DNA of 64,000 nucleotides, from contig JBDTXN010000002.1 in NCBI GenBank assembly GCA_040006175.1, positions 138-64,137 of the forward strand, written 5' to 3'. This stretch comes from Gemmatimonadota bacterium (GTDB lineage: Bacteria > Gemmatimonadota > Gemmatimonadetes > Gemmatimonadales > Gemmatimonadaceae). Positions 56,764 to 64,000 of this stretch are shown piece after piece; the first letter of the stretch is position 1, and each line of letters begins with the position of its first letter. Both the position numbers and the translations under genes were made by a program. The notes under the pieces are model-generated. The model did no database searches, was not told the DNA's origin, and saw only the letters and a list, made by a program, of their open reading frames with translations.

Positions 56764-57407
56764 TCAGACCGCGTGCGCGGCGATCCGAGAGCGACGATCG
56801 CCGCGCCCACCTGCCATCCGCATAGCAGGGAAACGGCGCCGAGCATTTCCGGGCGCGCTTCATCGAAGAAGATCACGCCGACGAGGCCGCCCGCTGCGGC
56901 GATCCACGCCAGCACTGCCAGCCAACGTGGCCGTCCGACCGTCATCCACTCGGCCGCTCCCAGAATGAGCGCCCCGAGCGCGATCAGGTAATTCCCGAAG
57001 CGTGCGGTCATGAGTCCGACCGGGTGCATGAGCTCGAACTGCCGCGTGACGCTCGTGTCGCCAGCTGCAAGCGCCTGCGCCATGCGCCACGCAGGACCCG
57101 CCATGAACGTCGTGTTCACTGCATCGAACGCAATCCCCACCGTGATCAACGTGAGCGCTGCGAGAACCGCGCTGTTCGTGTGCGTGGTCGCGGGCACGCC
57201 GACGAGGCGCACCCAAATCCCGGCGACGATCAGCCCAGTGCCGGCGAGCATACAGAGATGCATCACGCGCCAGATCGGCATCCCGCCGATCATGCCGAGC
57301 TCCATCGAGCCGCTGCCGGAGAGGATGGGGTGCATCGCGGCGCCGCCTGCGAGGAGCAGCGTACCTATGAGGAGTGCGAGCGCGAGGACGCGGGTGAGCG
57401 TGATCAC
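56760..57407 (-). CDS. Hypothetical polytopic membrane protein
   Basis: GTG at 57407 is proposed; the start is uncertain. About six hydrophobic helices. Its stop overlaps the stop of the convergent oxidoreductase gene. Confidence 0.5.
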   Translation of the reverse strand: MITLTRVLALALLIGTLLLAGGAAMHPILSGSGSMELGMIGGMPIWRVMHLCMLAGTGLIVAGIWVRLVGVPATTHTNSAVLAALTLITVGIAFDAVNTTFMAGPAWRMAQALAAGDTSVTRQFELMHPVGLMTARFGNYLIALGALILGAAEWMTVGRPRWLAVLAWIAAAGGLVGVIFFDEARPEMLGAVSLLCGWQVGAAIVALGSPRTRSD

Positions 57408-57514
57408 CGAGGTGTAGTTGTGTGGATTACGTGCGCTAGCGACGTTGGACGCATGATGATGACAATAATAGTGAGGAGGGCGACATCCTGGGCCGCCGGC
57501 GAGCGGTCGTGCAA

Positions 57515-58390
57515 ATGAGCACCGTTCCGCGCGCAATGACGGGGCGCGTGTGCGTGGTCACCGGCGCAACGGCTGGGATCGGAAAGGAAACCGCGCTCGG
57601 CCTCGCACGGATGGGCGCGACGGTCGTGGTCGTGGCGCGCGACCCGGACAAGGCCGTGCGCATCGTCGATGAGATCTCTCGCGTCGCCGACAACAGCAAT
57701 GTCGAGTGGGTGCGTGGCGATTTTGCGTCGCTGGATTCGGTGCGTGCCGCGGCTGCCGAAATTGCGAAACGACATGGCGCGATACACGTGCTCGTGAACA
57801 ATGCCGGTGTCGCGAACAGGCATCGAACGCTCAGCGCGGATGGCTACGAGCTCACGTTCGCGGTGAATCATCTCGCGCCGTTCCTGCTCACGCGCGAGCT
57901 GCTGCCGCTGCTTCGTGCTGGTGCACCATCCAGAATCATCACGGTAGCCTCTGCGGCCGAGCGGCAGGGTCCGATCGACTTCGAGGACCTCCAGAGCGAG
58001 AAGCGCTACCGTGGCTTCCTCGCGTATGGAAAGACGAAGCTCATGAACGTGCTCTTCACGTACGAGCTGGCCGCCCGGCTCTCCGGAAGCGGAGTCACCG
58101 CAAACTGCCTGCATCCGGGCGCGGTCGCAACGGACATGCTTCGCCAATTGCCCAAGTGGCTGTACGCGTTGATCTCACCCTTCCTCATCACGCCGGCGCA
58201 GGGCGCGGCGACCACGATATTTCTCGCGAGCTCTCCCGCTGTGGAAGGCGTGAGCAGCAGCTACTACGAGAAGGGAAAGGCGAAGCGATCTTCAACGCGA
58301 TCGTACGACGTGAGCGCGCGCGAGCGGCTGTGGTCGGTGAGTGAGGCGCTGATCGAGAGCGCTGGAGCTCATGCGGCCAGCATCCGCTGA
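57515..58390 (+). CDS. Short-chain dehydrogenase/reductase (retinol dehydrogenase-like SDR)
   Basis: VTGATAGIGKE (TGxxxGxG), NNAG, YGKTK (YxxxK). Confidence 0.85.
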   Translation: MSTVPRAMTGRVCVVTGATAGIGKETALGLARMGATVVVVARDPDKAVRIVDEISRVADNSNVEWVRGDFASLDSVRAAAAEIAKRHGAIHVLVNNAGVANRHRTLSADGYELTFAVNHLAPFLLTRELLPLLRAGAPSRIITVASAAERQGPIDFEDLQSEKRYRGFLAYGKTKLMNVLFTYELAARLSGSGVTANCLHPGAVATDMLRQLPKWLYALISPFLITPAQGAATTIFLASSPAVEGVSSSYYEKGKAKRSSTRSYDVSARERLWSVSEALIESAGAHAASIR

Positions 58391-58393
58391 TTC

Positions 58394-59449
58394 GTGACGG
58401 ATTCGGGAGCGATGCTGCGCGAGATCCTGGTCTCTGCCGCGCGGGGGCGCGGTGTTGCGAGTGTCAGCGTGATCGAGCGAATGGGAGGCGAGCCGGAGAC
58501 GTGTTGGGTGCCGGAATCCGGTAGCGAGCCGGCGTTCCTGTCGTACAGCATCACGAAGACGTTCATCGCTTCGCTGGTTCTGGAGCTCTGCGAGGAAAAC
58601 CATTTGCGTCTCGAGGATCCGCTCTCACGGTGGTTCCCGCGCATCACTCGGGCCGACCGGATCTCGCTGCGTCATCTGCTCAATCACACGGCTGGCATTC
58701 CGGATTACGGAACACTGCGAACCTACCACGAAGGCGTGCGCTCGTCTTCCTCGGTGCCATGGACGTTCGAGCGCTTCGCCGCCGAGACGTTCGAGCACGG
58801 CCTGCAGTTCGAGCCCGGTGAGGGGTGGGCATACTCGAACCCGGGATACATGCTCCTCAAGCGAATTCTCGAGGAGGTGACGGGTTATTCCTTTCGAGAT
58901 CTCGTAATGGAGCGAATCGCGCGGCCGTTCGGGCTGAAGCGAACGTTCGTAGCAGAGTCCATTTCGGATCTCGAGTCGCTCGCGACGGGAACTTCGTGCG
59001 CGCTCAGCGTCGATCGCACTCCTCGCGACGTGCGCGAGCACTATCACCCGGGGTGGGTCTCGCACGGCGTCATAGCGTCCACCGCTTCCGACGTCGTGCG
59101 CTTTCTCGATGCGCTCTTCGGCGGGCGAATGCTCTCGCGGCACTCGCTCGACGAGATGATGTCGATGGTCCCCGTGCCGATGACTCGCGAGTTGAGCGAG
59201 TCCCTGGCAAAATCTCCCTTTCGCACGTCCGCACCAAGCTATGGACTCGGAGTCATGGGAGACCCGGCATCACCGTGGGGGCCGCTCGTCGGTCACAATG
59301 GTGGCGGCCCATGCTACAGTGCGAGCGCCTTCCATGCGGCGGATCTTGGCGGCGCTTCAGTATGCGCGATGGGAGCCATCGAGGAGGACTTCAGCGCGGA
59401 GGAGAATGTTGCAGGGGTGCTGGATTGGTTGTCCGCTACTCGTTCCTGA
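58394..59449 (+). CDS. Serine hydrolase, beta-lactamase family
   Basis: GTG start 3 nt after the SDR stop; an alternative ATG is at 58412. S-x-x-K motif SITK, YSNPGY (Y-x-N), HNGG. Confidence 0.75.
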   Translation: MTDSGAMLREILVSAARGRGVASVSVIERMGGEPETCWVPESGSEPAFLSYSITKTFIASLVLELCEENHLRLEDPLSRWFPRITRADRISLRHLLNHTAGIPDYGTLRTYHEGVRSSSSVPWTFERFAAETFEHGLQFEPGEGWAYSNPGYMLLKRILEEVTGYSFRDLVMERIARPFGLKRTFVAESISDLESLATGTSCALSVDRTPRDVREHYHPGWVSHGVIASTASDVVRFLDALFGGRMLSRHSLDEMMSMVPVPMTRELSESLAKSPFRTSAPSYGLGVMGDPASPWGPLVGHNGGGPCYSASAFHAADLGGASVCAMGAIEEDFSAEENVAGVLDWLSATRS

Positions 59450-59533
59450 GCGTGCATTACCAGACACCCTTACGAGAGCTGCCGCGATGAAGCTTGTTTA
59501 CGCGTCTCACTCGCAGCTCGGAAAGACAATCAA

Positions 59534-59941
59534 ATGGATCTCGACACCGTAAAGGAATTTGCGACTCGCTACACCGCCGCATGGTGCAGCCAGGATCCGG
59601 AGCGCGTCGCATCGTTCTTCGCCGAAAATGGATCGCTCGCGATCAACGGCGCTGCGCCGTCGGTCGGTCGCGCGGCCATTGCCGCTTCCGCCCATGGCTT
59701 CATGACCGCCTTTCCCGATTTGATCGTGCAGATGGACGCGATCGAGCACCACGGTTCCGGCTACATCTATCGCTGGACCCTGATCGGCACGAACGCGGGG
59801 CCTGGCGGCACGGGGAATCACGTTCGCATCCGCGGATTCGAAGAGTGGACCGTCGGCCCGGATGGGCTCATCGAGAAATCCCTCGGTCACTACGACGAGG
59901 CGGAGTACTCGCGCCAGGTGCAGGGAGGGGAGAAGCAGTAG
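59534..59941 (+). CDS. SnoaL-like / NTF2-fold protein (ester cyclase-like)
   Basis: VKEFATRYTAAWCSQDPERVASFFAENGSLAINGA...FMTAFPDL is the typical SnoaL_2 pattern. Confidence 0.7.
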   Translation: MDLDTVKEFATRYTAAWCSQDPERVASFFAENGSLAINGAAPSVGRAAIAASAHGFMTAFPDLIVQMDAIEHHGSGYIYRWTLIGTNAGPGGTGNHVRIRGFEEWTVGPDGLIEKSLGHYDEAEYSRQVQGGEKQ

Positions 59942-59993
59942 CGCGCTACCAAGCAACAGCCTGTAGTTCTACCCCTACGCAGGAGCTCCCGAG

Positions 59994-60605
59994 TTGAACA
60001 TCCTTGCGTGCGTGTTCGTGCTCTCGTCGTCGGCGCTCCTCGCGTCAACCATGAAGAGCCAGCAGCCCTCGCCAATCGACCCAGTCGCCGCATCGCCCCG
60101 CCAGTTTACGGTCCTTCTCGACAACGAACACGTACGCGTAGTGGAGTACAGGCTACGGCCTGGAGAACGCGATCAATGGCACACCCATCCACAGAAAGTT
60201 TCCTATGTGGTGAGTGGTGGCGAGCTCCGAATTCACATGGCCGATGGCACGTCGTTTCCGGCGATTGAGAAAGCAGGGACTGCGAGTTGGATGGATGCAC
60301 TGCCACGTCATTATGCGGAGAACGTGGGCGTCACCACCGTCCAAATCGTCCTCACCGAGGTGAAGTCTCCGGTGGCGAGCGAAGCGCGAACGAGTGGCAC
60401 AACACCGGCTGGCCGTGGGCGGACGGCTGAAGCAGCTCGCCCGAACGCGCATCACACCGCGTCGATCTGCTCGATCCTGCGCTGGTGCCGCCCGCCCTCG
60501 AATGGCGTCTCCAGCCACACCTTCAGTATGGGCTCGAGCTCCGATGCCGGCACGAGCCGCTCACCGATCGAGAGCACGTTCGCATCGTTGTGCAGCCGCG
60601 CGTAG
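59994..60605 (+). CDS. Secreted cupin-domain protein with unusual C-terminal tail
   Basis: The TTG start follows AGGAG by 8 nt. Signal peptide. Cupin motifs are WHTHPQKVSYVVSGGEL and GTASWMDALPRHYAENVG. The frame stays open to 60605, about 150 nt into the convergent rpiB gene. Confidence 0.6.
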   Translation: MNILACVFVLSSSALLASTMKSQQPSPIDPVAASPRQFTVLLDNEHVRVVEYRLRPGERDQWHTHPQKVSYVVSGGELRIHMADGTSFPAIEKAGTASWMDALPRHYAENVGVTTVQIVLTEVKSPVASEARTSGTTPAGRGRTAEAARPNAHHTASICSILRWCRPPSNGVSSHTFSMGSSSDAGTSRSPIESTFASLCSRA

Positions 60606-60883
60606 CGCGCCGACTCGACGTTCCAGCACAGCGTGCATCGCACACCGGGAACGCGGTTCGCGACGATCGCCTCGCCGTTGCCCGAGCCGCCCAGCACAAT
60701 CCCGCGCTCGTATTCGCCGAGTGCCACCGCGAGCGCGACAGGCCGAATGAACTTCGGGTAGTCCACCGGCTCATCGGAGTTGGTGCCGAAGTCCGTCACG
60801 TCGTAGCCCCAGCGCGCGAGAATGTCCTTGATGCGCACCTTGTGATGAAAGCCCGCGTGATCGGAACCGATGGCGATGTGCAT
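60452..60883 (-). CDS. rpiB: Ribose-5-phosphate isomerase B
   Basis: MHIAIGSDHAGF, GGSGNGEAIVANR and NVLSIGERL match the RpiB/LacAB family. Confidence 0.9.
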   Translation of the reverse strand: MHIAIGSDHAGFHHKVRIKDILARWGYDVTDFGTNSDEPVDYPKFIRPVALAVALGEYERGIVLGGSGNGEAIVANRVPGVRCTLCWNVESARYARLHNDANVLSIGERLVPASELEPILKVWLETPFEGGRHQRRIEQIDAV

Positions 60884-60913
60884 GAACTCGCGTGGTGGAG
60901 GGAAGACGCCGTG

Positions 60914-61366
60914 CTACGCGCCGAACTGCCGCAAATGATGGTCCGCGTGCTTGTACATGAGGATCGCCCACTCCCCGGGCGTCATCGGCCCGAAAAAGGT
61001 GTGCGGGTGCGCCGTGCACGCCGCGGGGCCTCCCTTCGCGAAACGATCGACCAATGTGCTCAACCGCGCACGCTCGGCCTCGAACTCGGGCTGTTCACGC
61101 ACGACCAGAAAGGGGGCGGTCGGTGAGTTCCGGTCGAGCGGCTTGTCGTCGCCGAACATCTTGCGCTTCACCATCCCCCCGAAGACGCGACCGAGGAACA
61201 TTCGGGGAGGTTTGCGATCGCCGAGTGCGGTCTCCATGGCGACAGAGCAATGCGCCAGCATCTGCGACGGAGTCATCTTCCCCCACTGGCGCTCGCTGTT
61301 TGGACGGAGCTGCGCAAGGCGCCGCTGCACTTCGGCCACTCGATCCGAGTCGAAGAGATTCTTCAT
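60914..61366 (-). CDS. DinB-superfamily protein (DUF1569-like)
   Basis: WGKMTPSQMLAHC...HPHTFFGPMTPGEWAILMYKHADHHLRQF. Confidence 0.7.
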   Translation of the reverse strand: MKNLFDSDRVAEVQRRLAQLRPNSERQWGKMTPSQMLAHCSVAMETALGDRKPPRMFLGRVFGGMVKRKMFGDDKPLDRNSPTAPFLVVREQPEFEAERARLSTLVDRFAKGGPAACTAHPHTFFGPMTPGEWAILMYKHADHHLRQFGA

Positions 61367-61396
61367 GCGGGCACTACCTGAAATGAGACTCGTGCG

Positions 61397-62701
61397 TCAC
61401 TGCGGTGGCGCGAGAGTATAATCGCCGGCACGCGCTCCCGGAACGAGCTTCCACCCCGGCTTGAGCTCCAGCGTCCAACCATCACCCGCGATGCTGTTCC
61501 CCGCAGCGGCCGCCGGCGCCGGCACCACGAGCGCGCTCCAATCCGGTTTCATCAGCGCACCGTTCTTCCCCTCGATCACGCCCCAGTCGTCGGTGACGCG
61601 AATGGTCGGATAGACAGTCCCCGCATCGCCCAACGGCTGCAAAGTCTGCGGATTGAACTGCACGTTCATGTGCCGGAACGCGAGCGTCAGCACCGGCCCG
61701 TCCACCAACTTCGCGCGATTCGTCGCGAGCACCTCCCTCCGCTTCGCATCCCGCTCGGCCTCGGCCGCGCGCAGTGCGACGCCTTCGTATTTCTCCGCGC
61801 GCGCAGCCGCGAGCTGCTCCCCGCCGTTCGTCATCGCGATGCGCAGTGCGCGCCCGAGCATCACGTCGAAGCCATCGCCACTTTTGAGCCGAGCGCGCCA
61901 GGTCGGCGCGTACCGGTCGAGCAGTAGCCCGTATGCCGGTCCTGTCGCGTACGCGAACGAGCGTACGAAGGTCGGATCGCCCGTGTGTACAGTCAGATCG
62001 TGCAACGCCATCGTCGTCTGCAGCTCGCGCGTCGCGTTCCCCAGTCGCACGCCGGTGTACTCGGCCAGCCCCTCGTTCTGCTCCAGCGCATGCTCCTCTC
62101 CCGCGGCCGAGGGATAGATCCGGTAGCGCTCTCGGCGAAAGGTGAGTGCATCGCGCGCCGCCTCGCGCCGCTCGGGATCGCTGCAGGCCTTCAGCGCACG
62201 CGCGAGTGCACGCCACTCGAGCTGCATGTAGTACCGGCCGTTCAGCTCGTCGAGATGCGCATTCTCGCCGCTCTTCTGTTCCGGAAACGAGAGCTGGCCC
62301 TGAATTCGGTGGAAGAGCTCGTGCATCATCAGCGTCGCGCGGAGTCGCGTGTCGTCCGGCGGCGGCCAGAGCATCTGCGTCCACTTGCGCCCCGACCACT
62401 CGACCGCGGTGTTCGCGACGTTCTGATCGGCAGGCATTACGCCCGCGAACACATCGGCTCGCGGGGAGAGCACACCCTTTCCGTCAGACTGATTTGCCAC
62501 GATCGATCTGCTTCGCGCGTCCACGAACATGATCGGTCCACAGAGCGATACGCCCCAGAGCTTGCCGTGATCGGCGGAACAGAGTGCCCTGGCCTCCGCG
62601 AAAGCAATCTTCGCTGAATCGAGCGGAATCGGCGCTCCCTGCGCGCGTGCCGCGCGCGGCATGGCGAACAGCAACGTGGTGACGAGACAACCCCACTTCA
62701 C
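61397..62701 (-). CDS. Secreted hypothetical protein with HExxH motif (putative zinc metallopeptidase)
   Basis: GTG start. Signal peptide VKWGCLVTTLLFAMPRAARAQG. LMMHELFHRIQ carries the HExxH motif, with a downstream EQNEGLAEY as a possible third ligand. Confidence 0.55.
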   Translation of the reverse strand: MKWGCLVTTLLFAMPRAARAQGAPIPLDSAKIAFAEARALCSADHGKLWGVSLCGPIMFVDARSRSIVANQSDGKGVLSPRADVFAGVMPADQNVANTAVEWSGRKWTQMLWPPPDDTRLRATLMMHELFHRIQGQLSFPEQKSGENAHLDELNGRYYMQLEWRALARALKACSDPERREAARDALTFRRERYRIYPSAAGEEHALEQNEGLAEYTGVRLGNATRELQTTMALHDLTVHTGDPTFVRSFAYATGPAYGLLLDRYAPTWRARLKSGDGFDVMLGRALRIAMTNGGEQLAAARAEKYEGVALRAAEAERDAKRREVLATNRAKLVDGPVLTLAFRHMNVQFNPQTLQPLGDAGTVYPTIRVTDDWGVIEGKNGALMKPDWSALVVPAPAAAAGNSIAGDGWTLELKPGWKLVPGARAGDYTLAPPQ

Positions 62702-62815
62702 TGCATTCGAGCTCCGCGAAAGTCATAGCCGGCTGCAAACATGGCTCATGACTCTACGCGCGGGAGCTACTCGGGTTTCACAGGGCCGAGGCGCGGCACG
62801 CGCCAAGCGGCAGAA

Positions 62816-64000
62816 TCAATTCACGACTCCGCGAAGCGCCTCCACCGGATTTGTGTGACCCGCGCGCAGCGCTGGCAGGAACGCAGCGGCGGCACCTGCG
62901 ATCAGCAGCGCAAGTGCAGCAACAGAGAAGCTCACGAGATCAGTCGGCTGTACTCCATACAGAATGCCACGTACCAGCCGACTCGCACCCAAGGCGGCGA
63001 CCGACCCTGCACCCACGCCAAAGGCGACCGGCGTGATGCCGACGACTAGCACTTCGCGTAGCACGATGCCTGGTGATGCACCGAGCGCCATTCGCACCGC
63101 GAACTCCGCCCGCCGCCGTGCCACCGCATACGACACGGCGCCGTACACGCCAATCGCACCGAGCGACAGTGCCAGTGCCGCGAAGACGCTGAAGAAGAAA
63201 CGCAGCCGCAGTGGCGCGGCGAGAGCGGTCGACTCCACATCATCCATCGTTTGCACACGAGAGACCGCCACCTGGCTATTCAGGGCGGCGATCTCGCGAC
63301 GGATCAGCGGCATCACGACCGCCGCCGGAGCGGCGGAACGCACGACGAGCACGCCACCCTGTTGGACGGGTGCTTGCTCGAGCGGCATCCACATGGTGAA
63401 CGGAGACCCGACGGTCAAGGCCGTCATGTGCGTCTCGCGCACGACGCCCACCACCGTGCGCGTCACGGCTTCCGGGCCCCAGTGCTCCGTGATGTGTTCG
63501 CCAATCGCGCTGTGGCCTGGCCACATTCGCCGCGCGAATGACTCGCTGATGAGGACAACGGGCGATCCGCCGGCATCGGTCGAGTCGATGCCGCGCCCAG
63601 CAACAAGACGCATCCCCATGGCCGCAAGGAACCCCGGCGTCGCCGTGCGATACAGGCTGTTCGGGCGTTTGGCTCCGGCGAGGTCAGGACGGTCCTCGAT
63701 CGTGACGTTGAGCTCATAGCCAAGGTCGCGCAGTGGTAAGCGGTTCGTCATGCCCGCTTGTTTCACTTCCGGCAGTGCCGTAGCACGAGCAAGCACGTCG
63801 CGAAAAAACTGACGCTTCGACGACTCTGGCATGCCGGATGGCGGCACCAGATTATATGTCGTCACACCTCGCGCAACGAATCCGGGATCAATGTCGCGGA
63901 TCTGCTCGACGGTGCGAATCAACAGTGTGGCGCCGACCACTAGCAGCACAGCCAGCGTCACCTGAGCCGCGATGATCGCGTCGTGCACCCGCCGCACGCC
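62816..64000 (-). CDS. FtsX/MacB-type ABC transporter permease, 5' end beyond the window
   Basis: The frame is open to the window edge. A periplasmic MacB-like domain is followed by three C-terminal TM helices and ...LRAGHTNPVEALRG, typical of FtsX-family permeases. Confidence 0.75.
   Translation of the reverse strand, partial: GVRRVHDAIIAAQVTLAVLLVVGATLLIRTVEQIRDIDPGFVARGVTTYNLVPPSGMPESSKRQFFRDVLARATALPEVKQAGMTNRLPLRDLGYELNVTIEDRPDLAGAKRPNSLYRTATPGFLAAMGMRLVAGRGIDSTDAGGSPVVLISESFARRMWPGHSAIGEHITEHWGPEAVTRTVVGVVRETHMTALTVGSPFTMWMPLEQAPVQQGGVLVVRSAAPAAVVMPLIRREIAALNSQVAVSRVQTMDDVESTALAAPLRLRFFFSVFAALALSLGAIGVYGAVSYAVARRRAEFAVRMALGASPGIVLREVLVVGITPVAFGVGAGSVAALGASRLVRGILYGVQPTDLVSFSVAALALLIAGAAAAFLPALRAGHTNPVEALRGVVN

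Noticed and set aside
55432-56825. ORFs 55432..56700 (-, 422 aa) and 55563..56825 (+, 420 aa).
   Set aside because: They are shadows of the CrtI/PYROXD2-like gene in other frames.

Overview
This is a gene-dense bacterial chromosomal window with high GC and a strong G/C bias at third codon positions. I call about 60 protein-coding genes. I found no rRNA or tRNA, no CRISPR array, and no transposase or integrase. The protein repertoire suggests a Gemmatimonadota/Acidobacteriota-type soil bacterium, but that is inference only. It includes a membrane Ser/Thr kinase and a BTAD regulator that share a TolB-like+TPR module, two ECF sigma factors, a TonB-dependent receptor, many secreted peptidases and amidohydrolases, and a cruF-crtI-crtB carotenoid operon.

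Recognisable blocks, left to right:
- Ser/Thr kinase, DinB, GNAT, FG-GAP/TPR protein and a GT39-like glycosyltransferase.
- A LytS/LytTR two-component pair.
- A YCII-ECF42 sigma-serine hydrolase-PAP2 operon.
- An M20 peptidase and oligopeptidase B.
- A complete queC-queE-queD-queF preQ1 operon.
- The cruF-crtI-crtB carotenoid operon.
- An ECF sigma/anti-sigma/TonB-dependent receptor unit.
- An HNH lipoprotein translationally coupled to a small protein.
- An ABC-2 transporter.
- An aminotransferase / ThiS-MoaD-like carrier / MoeZ / ThrC-like operon.
- An island with two Rieske oxygenases, a sarcosine-oxidase-like flavoenzyme, an APC permease, an NmrA-like protein and two tandem amidohydrolase paralogs, next to a BTAD regulator.
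- A block with an ALDH-like gene, a CrtI/PYROXD2-like gene, then SDR, serine hydrolase, SnoaL and cupin genes.
- rpiB, a DUF1569-like gene, a secreted HExxH protein, and a partial FtsX-type permease.

Many long ORFs in the six-frame track are antisense or off-frame shadow ORFs typical of high-GC DNA. Several real genes start well inside the listed ORFs. All product calls rest on motif recognition by eye, because no homology search was possible.

Nothing here is demonstrably a new system. The best follow-up candidates are the sulfur-carrier/ThrC-like operon with its terminator-like leader, the HNH lipoprotein plus coupled small protein, the reductase-less double-Rieske island, and the sensor module shared by the kinase and the BTAD regulator.
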